Shown here: positions 42,778-56,383 of the stretch, one piece after another
Numbering within the stretch: the stretch's first letter is position 1
How the letters are laid out: each line of letters begins with the position of its first letter
From: a virus
Strand: one strand, 5' to 3'
Length of the DNA stretch: 64,000 nt
Virus record (IMG/VR): IMGVR_UViG_3300021399_000004
Span: 32,001-96,000 of that record
The notes under the pieces: generated by a model
What the model saw: only the letters and a program-made list of their open reading frames with translations
Databases searched by the model: none
What the model was told of the DNA's origin: nothing
Made by a program: the position numbers and the translations under genes

Positions 42778-45136
42778 TGGATTTATTGGATAGGTTAGTA
42801 TCGGCGATGATGCATATTTAATAGGTTCAACTTTATTCGCGGAATGTAGTACACCAGATAATGCAACAGAATAGGTTTCAAATCCATTAAATAAAGTAGC
42901 CATTTTATAGAGCGGTGCTAGTTATACAGTAGCTAATGGTATCACTATTCACGTTAAATTTGTGCATGCAAATACACATGATGATGACAATTTAAAATTA
43001 ATTATAAATGAGGGTGGAGCTGCAGTCCCTATAATTAACCCTAATGGCGCTAAAACTTGGGCTGCAGGTTCAATAATTAGTTTTACTTATGATCCAAATA
43101 ATGGTAGCCCACAATGGGTTATGAATAGTACTTAGATTGATTTAAGTAATGTAACTATTGATGTCAGCCAATTAAGTAATTTAAGCCTTGGGCAAATCAA
43201 TTCTAATGGCACAATTTCAACTACTGTTTTAAATAACGGTGATACTGCTATTGGTGAACATGATAAAATAGTCATTACTGATTATAGCTCAAATCCTCAA
43301 GGATAGATTACTAGATCTACAATTGAATTTGATGGATCTACTACTACGAAAGCATTAACACCAAAGGGGACCTGGGAAGATTTTAATAATTATAGTTTAC
43401 CATTAGCTACATCTGAGACTCGCGGTGGTATATAGATTGGATATACACAATCAGGGCAAAATTATCCTGTATAGTTAAATAATGAACAAGCATATGTTAA
43501 TGTGCCTTGGACAGATACTGATACTAAAGTTGTTCAAACCGCAAAAACAGATGATATCACTTATAAAATATTATTAGGCGCTAATGCTAACCCTATGAGC
43601 GGGACAGCTTATGAGGCGGCTTATTATACTGGATTAACATTTAATCCTTCTAGTAAAACTTTAAGTATTTCTGATGGTACGACTACTGGTACTTTAACCG
43701 CAACCCAATATAGCGGTACAGCCGCACAAGCAAACGCGGTTGCATGGATAGGTGTCAGTGATAAACCGAACACACTAAGTGGATATGGTATTACAGATGC
43801 AAAAATTAGTGATAATAAAATTATATTAGGAAGTAATGAAATTACACCTGTTACTAGCGTAAATGGGCATTCAGGTTCTTCAGTTACCGTTACTGCTTCT
43901 GATCTTGGATTAGAAAAAGCATTACATTTTGTTGGAGAAACTTCAACATCTATTATTGATAATGCTACAACTTCACCGATAACTATTAATAGTACTAATT
44001 ATACTCCTGCATAGGGAGACGTCGTTTTATATTCTGGAGATGAATTTCTTTGGAACGGCGAACGATGGGACTTATTAGGTAATGCAAGTTCATTTAAAAT
44101 TGTTTAGACTGCTATTACAGATAATACAGGGAGCGCAGATAGTACAAATACTTCAAATTCTTTTATCTATTCTTTTTCTCAAACTGCTAACGGAGAAGTA
44201 AGTGTAAAAACCAGAACGTTACCAATAGCTTCTACTAGTCAATAGGGTATTGTATAGATTGCTAGCGGTGGCGCACTTACAATTACCGATGGAACTTTAA
44301 CACATAGTACTTCTGCAGGATATAAGCACGTCCCATCTGGCGGCTCTAGTGGACAATTTTTAGGATGGAATTCTGCTGGTACTGCTAAATGGGTAGATAA
44401 TCCTAACACACATTTTGTTAGTAAATTAATTGCTGGACAAAGTACTTCAACAGATAATACAGCAGTAACAAGTGGAAATGTTTATTTACATTTATTTGAC
44501 GACACTACTTTACGATCTAGTATCTAGCTTAAAGGCGACAAAGGTATTTCAATTACTAATAGTGTAACAAATAGTAACAGTACTATTACTATTGCGCACT
44601 CTAATAGTGTTACTGCAAAGACTGAGGCTGCCTAGTCTGCAAAAACGCTTGCTTGGGATGAAACTTTTACAATTTATGAAGAAAAGTATGATACATAGGG
44701 GCATATTACAGGGGTAGCAAGTTATAATATGACGATGCCCTCTAATCCAAATTACACTGCGCGATTAATTAAACGGACATCGCGTGTAACAACACTTACT
44801 AGAGAAGCTACTACTAATGAAAATACATATTTTAATTTAGTTGAAAATGGAACAATTAGAGATTCTTATCAATTTAAAGGTGATACTATTATTAGTGTAA
44901 CTAGCACTGCTGGCAGTAATTCTGCTGCCGGTATAGTAACAATATCTGCCACTGCCTTTTCGGGAGCGACTGCGGAAAATGGTGGTATAGCTGGTTATCT
45001 TAGCGCACCAACCGCTGGTAGTTAGGGGAAATTTTTACAAGGCAGCGGAGACTGGAAGACTTTAAGTATTCCAACTATTGCTACTGTAAATGATGGAATA
45101 TTAACAATTACAAATGTTTCTTTATCAGCAACTTAA
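42770..45136 (+). CDS. Tail-fibre/adhesin-type protein (788 aa), TAG-recoded
   Basis: Joins ORFs 43502..44014 and 44729..45025 in one frame; 'SETRGGIQIGYTQSGQNYPVQLNNEQAYVNVPWTDTDTKV'; ends TAA. Confidence 0.8.
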
Positions 45137-45150
45137 GGGGGGCGAATTAA

Positions 45151-48100
45151 GTGAGTTATATAAATAAAATAAAGGTAGGCGATACTACACACTTAATTGA
45201 GCCTACCTTGTATGAAAAATGTGATACTGGCGAGGCGACCGCTACTAAATAGACTGATGTAATAAATAATTTCAGTTTAGTAAAAGGAGTGCAAGTAGCG
45301 GTAAAATTTACTAATACAAATACTGCCGCTGTCAACAATTTAAAATTATAGATTGGAAATACTACGGCTAAACCTATTAAATATCGTGGAGGAAATTTAC
45401 CTTCCACAGATACTTTAGCGGCAGGTCATATTTATAATTTTGTATATGATGGCACTAATTGGGAATTAGTTGGAGACTTAGATACAAATAGTAATACGAT
45501 ACCTACTGCATATTGTACTACTGCTGCTAATACCGCTGCAAAAACAGCGTCATGTACGAATTATGCATTATTAAGTAATAGTTGGATACATATATTATTC
45601 ACTAACAGCAATACAGCACAAGACGCTTTAACATTAAATATAAATGGTAAAGGCGCAAAACCAATTTTTATTGACGGAAAAGCATCAAGCAGTTCTAATT
45701 ATACGTTAAATGCTGGCTCTTATTTAGCATTTTATAATGGTAATAATTATCAAATTAGAACAGACGGCAAGCTACCAGGTAGCATTGCGGGTGATGCAGC
45801 AACAGTAAATGGATATACTGTTGACAAAGCTGTTCCCGAAGATGCCGTATTTACAGATACTAATAAATATCATAAAAGCGGTTCATGGAGTGGATTAACT
45901 TATACTGCAACCGCGGTTAATAATGCGGAGAAATTAGAATTTACCATTCCTGATAATTATGGTGATACAAAAAATCCCTATGGGACTAAAGCGAAGAACC
46001 TTATCCTTGCTGGGCCTTCTAGCGGAAGTGATGCAGCACCAAAGTTTAGAGCATTGGTTGCAGATGATATACCGGATATTAGTGAAACATATAAGACTTT
46101 AGGAACTTCATAGTTTTATGGCTCAGAAAATACTAGTAAGTTTTATAGTACACGTATTAGATCTGACGGTTCTGGTTGGGCCTGGAGTATATTTGACGCA
46201 TATAAATCTGATCAAACAAGCAAAATTGCTGATTTAAGCGTTTATGGGGCATAGAATGAAATGACATATATGTATATTACTGCTGTAAGAGATTCTGCTA
46301 CATTAACATGGAATTCTAAGGGTAATATACGTATTTATCCAGCAACCGGTGCAACAATAGCAAATGGTATGCGTTTAGCTACGCCACAATTGACCGTAGG
46401 ACAATATAATGCTCAAGATGATGGAAGTTCATTATATGTCGCAGGTAGCGGCACCTTTACCGATCAATTGAATGTAGGCGGTGATGTAATTGTTGCCGGC
46501 AATACTATAAGAGCACTTGCCTACAAAGACTCTTTAAGCACCTCAGACATCCCTAATCTTTCTCCTTCGATTTCAATTGGAGCAGGCACTGCTTCTAATG
46601 CTCCTACGGTTAATGTAACAGTAAACGGGGTAAGTGGCACAGCGAAATCTATTACCACGGCAACAACCGGGGTTTATGGTGTAACTAAATTAAGTGATGC
46701 AATTAATAGCACGAGTACTGCGCTTGCTGCTACGGCGAATGCGGTAAAGACGAGTTATGATTTGGCTAATGCGGCGGTGCCAAAAGTGTGGCAATCTCCT
46801 CTAACAAAGGGAACGACTCCAAGTAGTGAAGCTTATTATTGTGGCCAAATAATAGTGGATAGTGGAGGCACCGCTGTATCAAATAGATTGGCTATAATAG
46901 AGCATCTTTTAGATACGAATAATGTCAATCATACTTACATAAGAACTTACACTGCAACATCTGGTAGTAATAGCCATACATATTTAAGAATTGGGTCTGA
47001 TGAACAGGTATAGACAAACGGGCATCTTTATGCGGGTACTTTAGCAACCGCTAGTGAAAGAAGAATACGCGCCCAAGCCCTTGCAGGAACTATATACATA
47101 TATGCGGCAGGGACAGCGACTGGCAATCGAGGAATATATGGACATAATAATGCAGGAACTGGAGCCCCAATATTAATCTTAGACCAAAATAATAAAATTA
47201 GCAATTTAGCAAAAGCAACCTGCAATATTGAAACTTCTGGTGTTATATATGCTTCAGGTGAAGGATTACATCAAGTAATTGCAAAAAATACCTCTGATAA
47301 AATTGAAGTAAGCTTGCACAATGCGGCTTCTGGCAACCATGGTATTTATTCAAACGGCTACGGTTCTACCGCAGATAACTTTACTGCAAGCGGTAAATGG
47401 CTAATTTATAGAGGTACTAGCGGGAAAACGGTAATTAACAATTATCCACTTATCTCTAGTGAAGGAGTAGGTTCAAAGTGGAATAAAGCAAGAGATAACG
47501 CAATTATAAAGACAAGCTCTATCGTCTCATATACAGCCCTTGCTTCAATAAAAACTACTAATGGATCTTGGGATATAGGTGCTTATGATAATGCTAGTTT
47601 TACCGATGACTTAATATTTAGTTATATTTCTGATACTACTTATTCAGGCAGCGCCGCTACTACAGATGCGCAAATTAAGTTCTTAGAGAACGGTCATATT
47701 GTAGCGCAATTAGATGGGAATGCTTCAACCGCTACCTATGCCACTGTGACGCAAACTGTCCCAACTAGTAATACCTCATATTTCCTACCTTTTATTGCTG
47801 GCAACGCAGATGGAAATTATGCAGTTAGAGCAAATTCTTTATTCTATATATACATGACCGCAAACGGTGCTTAGTCATACTAGTGTATTGGCGGTCCTTC
47901 TTCCAGAGGAGGCATAACATTACACGGAGGGGCAGGATCTTATGGCAATTTAATTCCTTCCGCAGTCACAGAAAATAGAACCTGGACATTACCAGATGCT
48001 ACTGGAACGATAGCTTTAACTTCTAGTACAATTACAGGAAACGCCGGCGGCCTAACCAATAAAACATTTAACTCAACAAACACTATTGATAATCTATCTG

Positions 48101-51100
48101 GGACATATTCATTCTAGGGCACAGGTGGTTATTGGGCTGATACTGACTGGGTTGGTTTTCAAGTTGGTAGTACAAAGGATAAATTCTAGGTTGTTGGGAA
48201 AAATAGCGGGTTAATTATGCGCCAGAACGATGCTGGCGGTGCTGATACCGCAAGCTGGTCAGATTGGAAGAGAGTAGTAACGGCTACTGTGGATACGGCT
48301 ATTGGCGCTGCAAATACTCCAGTATATATAAATGCTACTGGTGATGTCGTGGCTGGCACTCAATTAAAAGCGCTTGCATATAAGGATTCTTTGGCCGCAT
48401 CGGATATTCCAGATTTGAGTGGGAGTTATTTGAAACTAACAGGTGGCGCGCTAACTGGGGCTGTTACTAATACTAGTACTATTATTAGCGTTTCTACCAG
48501 TGGTATTTATAGTGCTGCTTCTAGCCCTATGTTTTATTTTTTACGTGCAAATAATACTAATACAGAAAATAAGTTAGGAGCGATTTTCGTTAATACTAAA
48601 ACAGTAAATGAAAAGCTAGTTCCAAAACAAATATATTTTAGAACTTATCAATATGACGCTACGACTGGAAATCCTAAAGAAGCATGGGAACAATATAGGC
48701 TGCCTGAATTAACGGTAGGAAATTCAACTTAGTCGTATGACATTCTTACCTCAAAATCACTTGTAACTATCGCTTAGGGCGGTACAGGTATCTCAACAAC
48801 TGATGCCCATAAGGTCTTAATAGGCCCAACAAGTGGTAGCGCGGCGGCACCTACATGGCGTACTTTAGCTGCTAGTGATATACCTGATTTGAGTAGTAAG
48901 TATGCTTTAGTTATAAATGGAACTGCCGCGAATCAATTACTTGGTTTTAAAGGGACTAGTGGGACACACCATTCTTCAGTAAGTGATTATAACGATCATA
49001 TTTTTACTCTTGTATCAACAATTAAGGGAGTATTTTTATGGGATAATACAAGCAGTAAAACAGTTTGGACTCTTGATTCCACTGCTTATCTCAAATTAAC
49101 TGGCGGTACAGTTACTGGTGATTTAACAGTTGATGGGACATTAACTGGTACATTAACAGGCACTGCTGATTATGCAGAAGCATTGAAGAATTAGTATACT
49201 TATAATACACGAATTGCTGATGCAAATATAACTCAAGGAAATAACGGCGGTGTAAAATTTTTCTTAGCAACTGGTTCTATGACCGCAAACAAACCAGCAA
49301 GTGACGGATATATTTTACATTTTAATTGGGATAACGGCACTGGCTGGAGTTCTCAATTTTATATTCCTAACGGAGGAGCTGCTTCACCACAATATCGTAG
49401 TCATACTAATATTTCAACTTGGACTGATTGGAAGACTTTCCTGACTAGCGCAAATTATACTGATTACACAGTAACAAAAACCGGCTCCGGCGCATCAGGA
49501 ACCTGGGACATCTCAGTTAGCGGTGTTGCCGCACAAGCAACCGCCGCAAATTTGACAAGTACTGCTAATGGAATTGCTTATTTCTCTGATACTGCTGGTA
49601 CTTTTGATTCAACATCTTCTATATTAGTAGATGATGCAAATGGTAAAATAAATATTACAGGAAAATCTGGTACAAGTGGTGAATTCGTTGCTAAAAGAGG
49701 TTCAGAATCTTTTTACTTTGGCTTTGGTACTGGTAATACTAACCGAGGAATATATAGTTAGACTGCACCAACTGCACACTGGATGATTTATGAGGATTCG
49801 GATGGGCATGTTTACTTACCAGTAGGTACTGGCACGACTTATTGGGCTGTTGCAGATGCAAGCTCAAGCGCACGTGGCTTAGTAAACACTAGTGCTCAAC
49901 AATTTAAGGGAATGAAGAGGTTCTGGGGGCTAGGTATTACTGGTTACGATGGAAGTGGTGGATCTCGTTATAAAGACATAGTATTCCAGCAATCAAGTTC
50001 TCCAAATGACATCGGTGGAAGACTTCGTTATGATATTGGCAATGCAACAAATGTTAGTAGCGGTACATTTTCCTTCTGGGAATATAGTCCTCAATCAACT
50101 GCTACTACAACTAGCACTGGTCATGCTGAAAAATATTTCCTACCTACAACAGCAACAGGATTGACAGCGGACGTTACTTATAATATACTAACTACAAAAC
50201 CAACTAACAATAAAATATAGTTCATTGCGAACAGCACAGTATCTTCTGGCGGTGGTATTACATTTGTAAATGGAAGTACAGATTATGGGTATGGAATATA
50301 TCATAATAAAACAAATCTATGGATTGGCGCTACTTCAAATACCTCTGACATACACACTGGAGGTTTATGTTTACATGCTGGTAAAGCCACTAGTGGATAT
50401 ATGAATAGAAAAGCATTTTTATCAGTCGGAGAGAGTGACACTGCGACTGCATCAAAAGCTAAAATGATAGTGTATGGTGGTGATGATGGTAAATCTATTG
50501 GCGGCGCGACTTCAGGCCCTGTTTATATTGATACTTATGGTCAAGCCAGGTCCGTCACTTCTGTCCCCATAGATACAGGCGGTACAGGTGCTACTACAGC
50601 AGCGGGTGCTTTAGAAAATATTATGAATAATACTGGTATAATTGGTAGCCCGACCTTACCTATTTATTGGGAAGGCAGCCTTGGATAGTTTATGTCTTGT
50701 TCAGATGTATTTGTAAGGACTACCGGCGCTAGTCTAACAGGAGCTCTTACTTTTAACCCATCAGATGAAAGTAAACCAATTATTAATGGTAATAATACTG
50801 GTGCTAATATGGCAATCTTCGCTGGACACGATCAAGCTACAACCGCAAATTACTTATTAAATAGTGCCATAGTTATTCGTGAACAAGACAGAGTTGGTGA
50901 TTCAAAAGGAGGATGGCAGACTGGCCCCCGCCGTTATGCTCCGCGACTTGGATTCAATTGGAGCGGAGTTGCTGGTGGCTCTATAATTTTAAATAGTAGC
51001 GGGCAATTTGCTTTTTATGGTAGCAATGGAACTACATTAGCTGCAGTTCGTGGTGCTAGTTTTAATTCATCTGTTGCAAGTAATGACTATGCTGAATATC

Positions 51101-51480
51101 GTCTCACTAATCCTAGCGCGCGACCGGGGCAGTGTGTTATTGACTTAGATGATGGTCATCTTGCTATTAGCACTGAACGTCTACAGCCTGGCGCCTAGAT
51201 AGTATCTGATACTTATGGTTTTACTATGGGTGAAGATGATTAGCATAAAACCCCAATCGCAGTATCCGGGCGCGCCCTCGTCTACACCTACCGTAACCGT
51301 GCTGAATACCATGCTGGCATGGCTGTCTGTTCTGCGCCTAATGGCACAGTAGATATAATGACTCGCGAAGAAATTCGTGACTACCCTGATTGTATTGTGG
51401 GTATTGTTTCTGAAATACCCGCATATGGAAAATGGCATGACATTTATGTAAATGGCCGAATCTGGATTAAGGTTCGTTAA
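45151..51480 (+). CDS. Giant tail-fibre-type protein (about 2109 aa) with C-terminal peptidase G2/chaperone-like domain, TAG-recoded
   Basis: ORFs at 46261, 47314, 48217, 48889, 49279, 49783, 50401 and 50692 share one frame, separated by TAG. C-term 'GAQIVSDTYGFTMGEDDQHKTPIAVSGRALVYTYRNR...MTREEIRDYPDCIVGIVSEIPAYGKW...VNGRIWIKVR'; GTG start assumed; ends TAA. Confidence 0.85.
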
Positions 51481-51495
51481 TAGGAGGTAATTTAT

Positions 51496-51837
51496 ATGAA
51501 ACTAATTTTAAATAATAACGTAGAAGAAACTATCCAATTTGATACTTGCTCTCGTAACTTAAATATGGGAGAACCTAATGTTTTCTTTGACATTTATGTT
51601 AATGCAAACAGCTTAGAACATTTTAATACAATGCAATATATTACTAAATATGCTGATGATTATTTTACTGCAATTAAAGTAACCGATAATGATGGCAATG
51701 TAGTTTTTAATCAAACAGATATTATTGGGAAAATCGCAAGTTACTCTGAATCTTTTGGCGATGGATACTATAATGCGAATGCTGCGGTACAGATTTTAAA
51801 ATCTATTCCTCAAACTACGCCAGAAGAAACTGAATAA
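51496..51837 (+). CDS. Hypothetical protein
   Basis: Open ORF, 113 aa, RBS GGAGG upstream, no TAG. Confidence 0.8.
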   Translation: MKLILNNNVEETIQFDTCSRNLNMGEPNVFFDIYVNANSLEHFNTMQYITKYADDYFTAIKVTDNDGNVVFNQTDIIGKIASYSESFGDGYYNANAAVQILKSIPQTTPEETE

Positions 51838-51843
51838 AAAAAT

Positions 51844-51872
51844 AAGGCCCCACATTAAGTGGGGCCTTTTTC
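51844..51872 (+). terminator. Rho-independent terminator
   Basis: GGCCCCAC-ATTAA-GTGGGGCC-TTTTT. Confidence 0.85.
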
Positions 51873-51891
51873 TTGTATAGGAGGGATTACT

Positions 51892-52146
51892 ATGAATGTA
51901 ATGAGCAAGCGTGGTCAATTAGATAATATAGTAACTTATGAACATTTTTGTGATACTGCGGCCGACCTCGCAAATATAGATCCTAAATATGCTACTTTAG
52001 GTTCAGTAGCAATTGTAGTACAGGGATAGGCTGGAATTGAAGCCTATATGGCAAATAGTAAAGGTGAATGGGTATTGGTAGTCGGTGGCGTTGACGAGGA
52101 GGAAGAAGAAGTAACTCCATCTGAAGGCGGTGATAATAATGGCTGA
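51892..52146 (+). CDS. Small head-fibre-like protein, TAG-recoded
   Basis: MNVMSKRGQLDNIVTYEHFCDTAADLANIDPKYATLGSVAIVVQGQAGIEAYMANSKGEWVLV...; ends TGA. Confidence 0.7.
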
Positions 52147-54190
52147 TATGGTTGATGTTATCCTCGCTAGCGGATTAAGTTCTAGAGGACAAATTAAAAC
52201 TTACGCCCAACTTGCGGCAAAAGCTGCCGCGCAAGCCAATGAGGCGGTTAATACTGCTAATAATTTGGTAAATAATTTAGATGAATTAACTCAATAGACT
52301 AATTAGAATAATGAGAATGCTGAGCAAGCTCTTCAGGACGCGCAAACTGCATTAACGCAAGTTAATAATATATTAAATGATGTTACTAGTGCAGCAGCAG
52401 ATGAAATTGATAAATTAATTTTATCTATGGAAAACATTAATGGTGTAAACGCTATGGCTGTAAAATTAGATACTACTTATCCAGACAATACTACACGAAG
52501 CATTTCAGAATTGGTAAAATTTTACAAATCCACTGGATTAAATGAAGATGGCGGTATGACGCAAAAAGCCATTACTGAAGCCCTACAAGAGTTATCTACT
52601 AATATAAACATAACATTAACAAATTAGATTACTGCTGTAGATACAAGGATCACTAATGTTTATAATGAATTAAATAATAGTATTAATCAAACAAATACTC
52701 GAATTACTAATATTATAAATAATGGTGGAGGCAGCGGTGGTGGCACGATGCCAGTTTTTTCTCCAGACGACGAAGGTAAAGTAATCATTATCGGCCCAGA
52801 TGGAACGCCTATTCCAAGTGATAATATTACTGAAGTAGAATTAATAGAAGCATTAATTGGCACGGGAAGTTATATTTTAAAAAATTGCGTAGGCTTGACT
52901 TCTGATTATGAAAATAGAATTTTTATTCGCACACAGGAAGCTAAAAATTTTACTATTTCGTCAGATTTTGATAAGTTTGAAATGTATGGCGGCCGTATGC
53001 GTTGTAATGTATCTGATGATGGCCGCATCGTTGCTTTTTATGGTGACGCAAATTATAAAGATGACGGATCTAATGGTCAAGTTATGGTATATTAGCCTAA
53101 ATTTTATTATAAACGATTAATTAATAAAACAACCTCGACAAGTAGTGGACGTAATATTGAAAATGAACAACTTATTATTTCTCCTTATGAACAGCAAGGA
53201 TTCAAAGTTCATCCATTATTTTTAGATAAATATAATCATGAACTACCTTATGTTTTAATTGGCGCCTATGAAGGGTGCGCTTATTCTACATCTACAGGTT
53301 CTTATGATTTGATAAATAGCGCAACTACAGATTTTTCCACTGATAAACTTTCATCCATAGCAGGCGCGAAACCGATTAGTGGTAGTAATAAAGTTATGAC
53401 TAAAGAAGGTGTGATTTAGCTCGCTAAAAATCGTGGAGATGGCTGGGGCACAACAACTCTTTAGGCTGCAAGTGCAGAACAAATGTTACTAATTATTGAA
53501 TTTGGCTCTATGAATGGTTAGAGAAGCATAGAAAAAGGTATTTGTTTATATCCTACTAGTATAAGTAAAAATAACGCGGCAAATACTGGAGCTACTTCTA
53601 CTCTAGGAAACATGACAGGCGCTTCTGAAACAAGTGCAATAATAAATGATGCAACAAATCCTACTATATATAATGAAGATGGATATAGATCTATATCTTA
53701 TAGGGGCGTCGAGAATCCTTGGGGCAATATTTGGAAAATTCTTGATGGATGTTATATTTATGGTAATGGTGCTAATCAAGGCGGCGAGCTGATGATTTAG
53801 AATTATGATGCAAATAATAATGAATATATTTATGAATCAGTTGGCTTTATGCTGCCTTCTAGATTTAGCTGGATTGCAAATTTTGGTTATGGCTCTGAAA
53901 AATATGACTGGGTTTATTTTCCTTCAAACTGCAATGATAGCGCTAATAGCTTATTACCAGTAGGCGACCAAGTATGGACTACCGCTAATCTAAATAATAA
54001 TCATATAGTGGGATATGGCGGGGCCTGGGGCTTTGAAGAGTTTAATGGCCCATTTTATTATGCCTGTGATAAGTTATTAACAGATTCTCCAAATACTTAT
54101 GGCGCAAGATTAATGTTTACACCAACCTATAATTCAACTATTACAAATTCAAATTATTCTCTATGGCGTACTCGCTGGGAGGGGAATTAA
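52139..54190 (+). CDS. Tail-fibre/receptor-binding-type protein (683 aa) with C-terminal sulfatase-modifying/C-type-lectin-like fold, TAG-recoded
   Basis: Joins 52427..52627, 52748..53095, 53612..53800 and 53849..54190; C-term 'SISYRGVENPWGNIWKILDG...GGAWGFEEFNGPFYY...GARLMF...LWRTRWEGN'; ends TAA. Confidence 0.82.
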
Positions 54191-54191
54191 T

Positions 54192-54449
54192 ATGATTATA
54201 CATAAAGATGTAAAAGGCTCAACCAAGCCAAACGCCATTGATGTAACTCCAAGTGCGGTCTTTATTGCAACCAATATTAAACCATATTCAATAACATTAG
54301 ATGATGTAGTAGTTTCTGGCTATTAGTATGATTGTACTGAATATACTAAAGATGAATATATTACTTATATTGCTAAAGAAAATGAAGATAAAATTACCGC
54401 ACTCGAAGAAGAATTGTAGGCCGCAAAGATTCTATTGGGGGTGGAATAA
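54192..54449 (+). CDS. Small hypothetical protein (XkdX-like position), TAG-recoded
   Basis: MIIHKDVKGSTKPNAIDVTPSAVFIATNIKPYSITLDDVVVSGYQYDCTEYTKDEYI...; ends TAA. Confidence 0.7.
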
Positions 54450-54452
54450 TAA

Positions 54453-54857
54453 ATGACTTTATTAGAGTTAGCACAAAAATTACGCCCATACATTGAAAAA
54501 GCTGCAATATCTTTAGATGATGCGGATGCGCTAGAAGCTATCAATTTATTTCCTGTTTGGGATGTAAATAAGGAAGATGGGTATAAGAAAGATGAGCGCG
54601 TAAGATATGATAATATTCTATATAAATGTTTACAGGATCATATTCCACAAGAAAATTGGACGCCAGTTGCAGCATCGAGTTTATGGGCAAAAGTTTTAAT
54701 TCCCGATGAAAATATTATACCTGAATGGGAGCAGCCAGATAGCACTAATTCATATTAGATTGGTGATAAAGTTACTCATAATGGTAAAACTTGGGAAAAC
54801 ACTGTTGCCAATAATGTTTGGGAGCCTGGCGTTTATGGGTGGAGTGAGGTAGCATGA
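54453..54857 (+). CDS. Carbohydrate-binding (CBM5/12-like) phage protein, TAG-recoded
   Basis: 'AINLFPVWDVNKEDGYKKDERVRYDNILYKCLQDHIPQENWTPVAASSLW...SYQIGDKVTHNGKTWENTVANNVWEPGVYGW'. Confidence 0.8.
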
Positions 54858-56383
54858 AAATAAAAGTTCTTTTAACTCGTCCCTCGAATGCTTCGTATTT
54901 TAATACCACTATTAATAGCGAAGTAGAAGTTGAATTAGAGGAATACGTTGCGGCGGTAGTAGCCTCGGAGATTAGTAACTCTAATCTAGAGGCGTGCTGC
55001 GCGCAAGCTATTGCCGCGCGCACTTTTGCAGTTAGTAGAGGAGTATTAGAAGGAAAAACAATTTCTGACTCCTCTGCTACTGCGCAAGCCTATCGCGCCG
55101 AAAGATTTAGTAAAGAAAAATACCCAAATTGTGTTGCCGCCGCAGAAGAAACAGCCAACTTAATTTTAACTTATAAGGGCAAACCTATTAGCGCTGTTTA
55201 TAGTTCAAGCAATGGCGGCCGCACGGTTTCTTCTAAGGAAAAATGGGGCGGTTCTCGCGCATATTTAATTGAGCAGGATGACCCTTGGGATAAAGCTGCA
55301 TCAGGCGGGCGCAAAACCGGACATGGTGTAGGCATGAGTTAGGCGGGATGCAAATGGGCTGGGGCGCATGGTTATAGTTATAAATAGATATTAAAATTTT
55401 ATTATCCCAATACAGAAATAAAATAGGTGATGCCTATGAATGAGAATGAGAAAGCAAAGGCAGTTGTTGAATTGGCGAAAAGTTGTTTGGGGTATCCTTA
55501 TGTTTTTGCGGCGTGGGGTGAAAATTGCACCCCTGAAAATAGAAAACGCCGTGCGCGGGCAGACCACCCTACAATTATTAGTAAGTGTTAGGTACTAAAT
55601 GGAAAGAAAAAGGGAGCTACCTGCAAGGGCTGTAAATATGAAGGAACACAAATCTTTGATTGTCGCGGTTTTACCTATTATTGTCTAAAAGAAAATGGAA
55701 TTGTTATTAATGGGCAAGGCGCGACAAGCCAGTGGAATGACAATGCTAATTGGATAAAAAAGGGCCCAATTGCAGAGATGCCCGATGTAGTATGTTGTAT
55801 TTTTTAGCAGAATGGTAACAAGATGAAGCATACCGGATTACATATTGGCGGCGGAAAAGTTATTCACTGTTCTGTTGAAGTAAAAAATGATAATGTTTCG
55901 CGCAAAGATTGGACGCATTACGCTATTCCTTATGGACTATATACTAAGGAGGAGTTAGATAATATGAATGTGGTACAATATAGAAAGACTATTAAGAAGG
56001 GCTCTAAAGGAGACGAAGTAAAGGAGCTACAAAATATCCTAAAAGAGCTCGGACTATATACTGGAGAAGTAGATGGTAAATTTGGTAGTGGCACCGCAGA
56101 AGCAGTGCGGCAATACCAAGCGAGCCGCGGCCTGACTGTTGACGGAGTGGTTGGCACAGATACTTGGAATGCATTGCTCGCAGAAGGCCATTGGCCAGAT
56201 GGCGCGCCCGAAGCTCCTGAAGAGCCAGAATTTGAAATGCCTATGGATCAAGAAGAATTGCGCGCAGAGCTATTGCTGATGCAATTAAAACTTGGCAATC
56301 TAAAGGATGACTTAGAGGTAATTTCTACTTCTATTAATGAATTAATGGATGAATTAAACAAAATAAATAAAGGGGAGACCTAA
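54854..56383 (+). CDS. Multidomain endolysin: SpoIID-like + NlpC/P60-like + PG_binding_1, TAG-recoded (509 aa)
   Basis: SpoIID signature 'VEVELEEYVAAVVASEI...QAIAARTFAV...GHGVGMSQAGCKWAGAHGYSYKQILKFYYPNTEI'; 'IFDCRGFTYYCLKENGI...HTGLHIGGGKVIHC'; 'LQNILKELGLYTGEVDGKFGSGTAEAVRQYQASRGLTVDGVVGTDTW'. Confidence 0.88.

Noticed and set aside
53612-54190. Diversity-generating retroelement target (lectin/sulfatase-like C-terminus of 52139..54190)
   Set aside because: No reverse transcriptase, template repeat or near-identical variable repeat seen in this window; the fold alone is insufficient.
26514-56383. Interpretation of the fragmented ORFs as pseudogenes, frameshifted assembly or degraded prophage
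   Set aside because: Fragments remain in a single frame for kilobases, the interruptions are TAG only, domain motifs run through the TAGs, and a CTA-anticodon tRNA is present.
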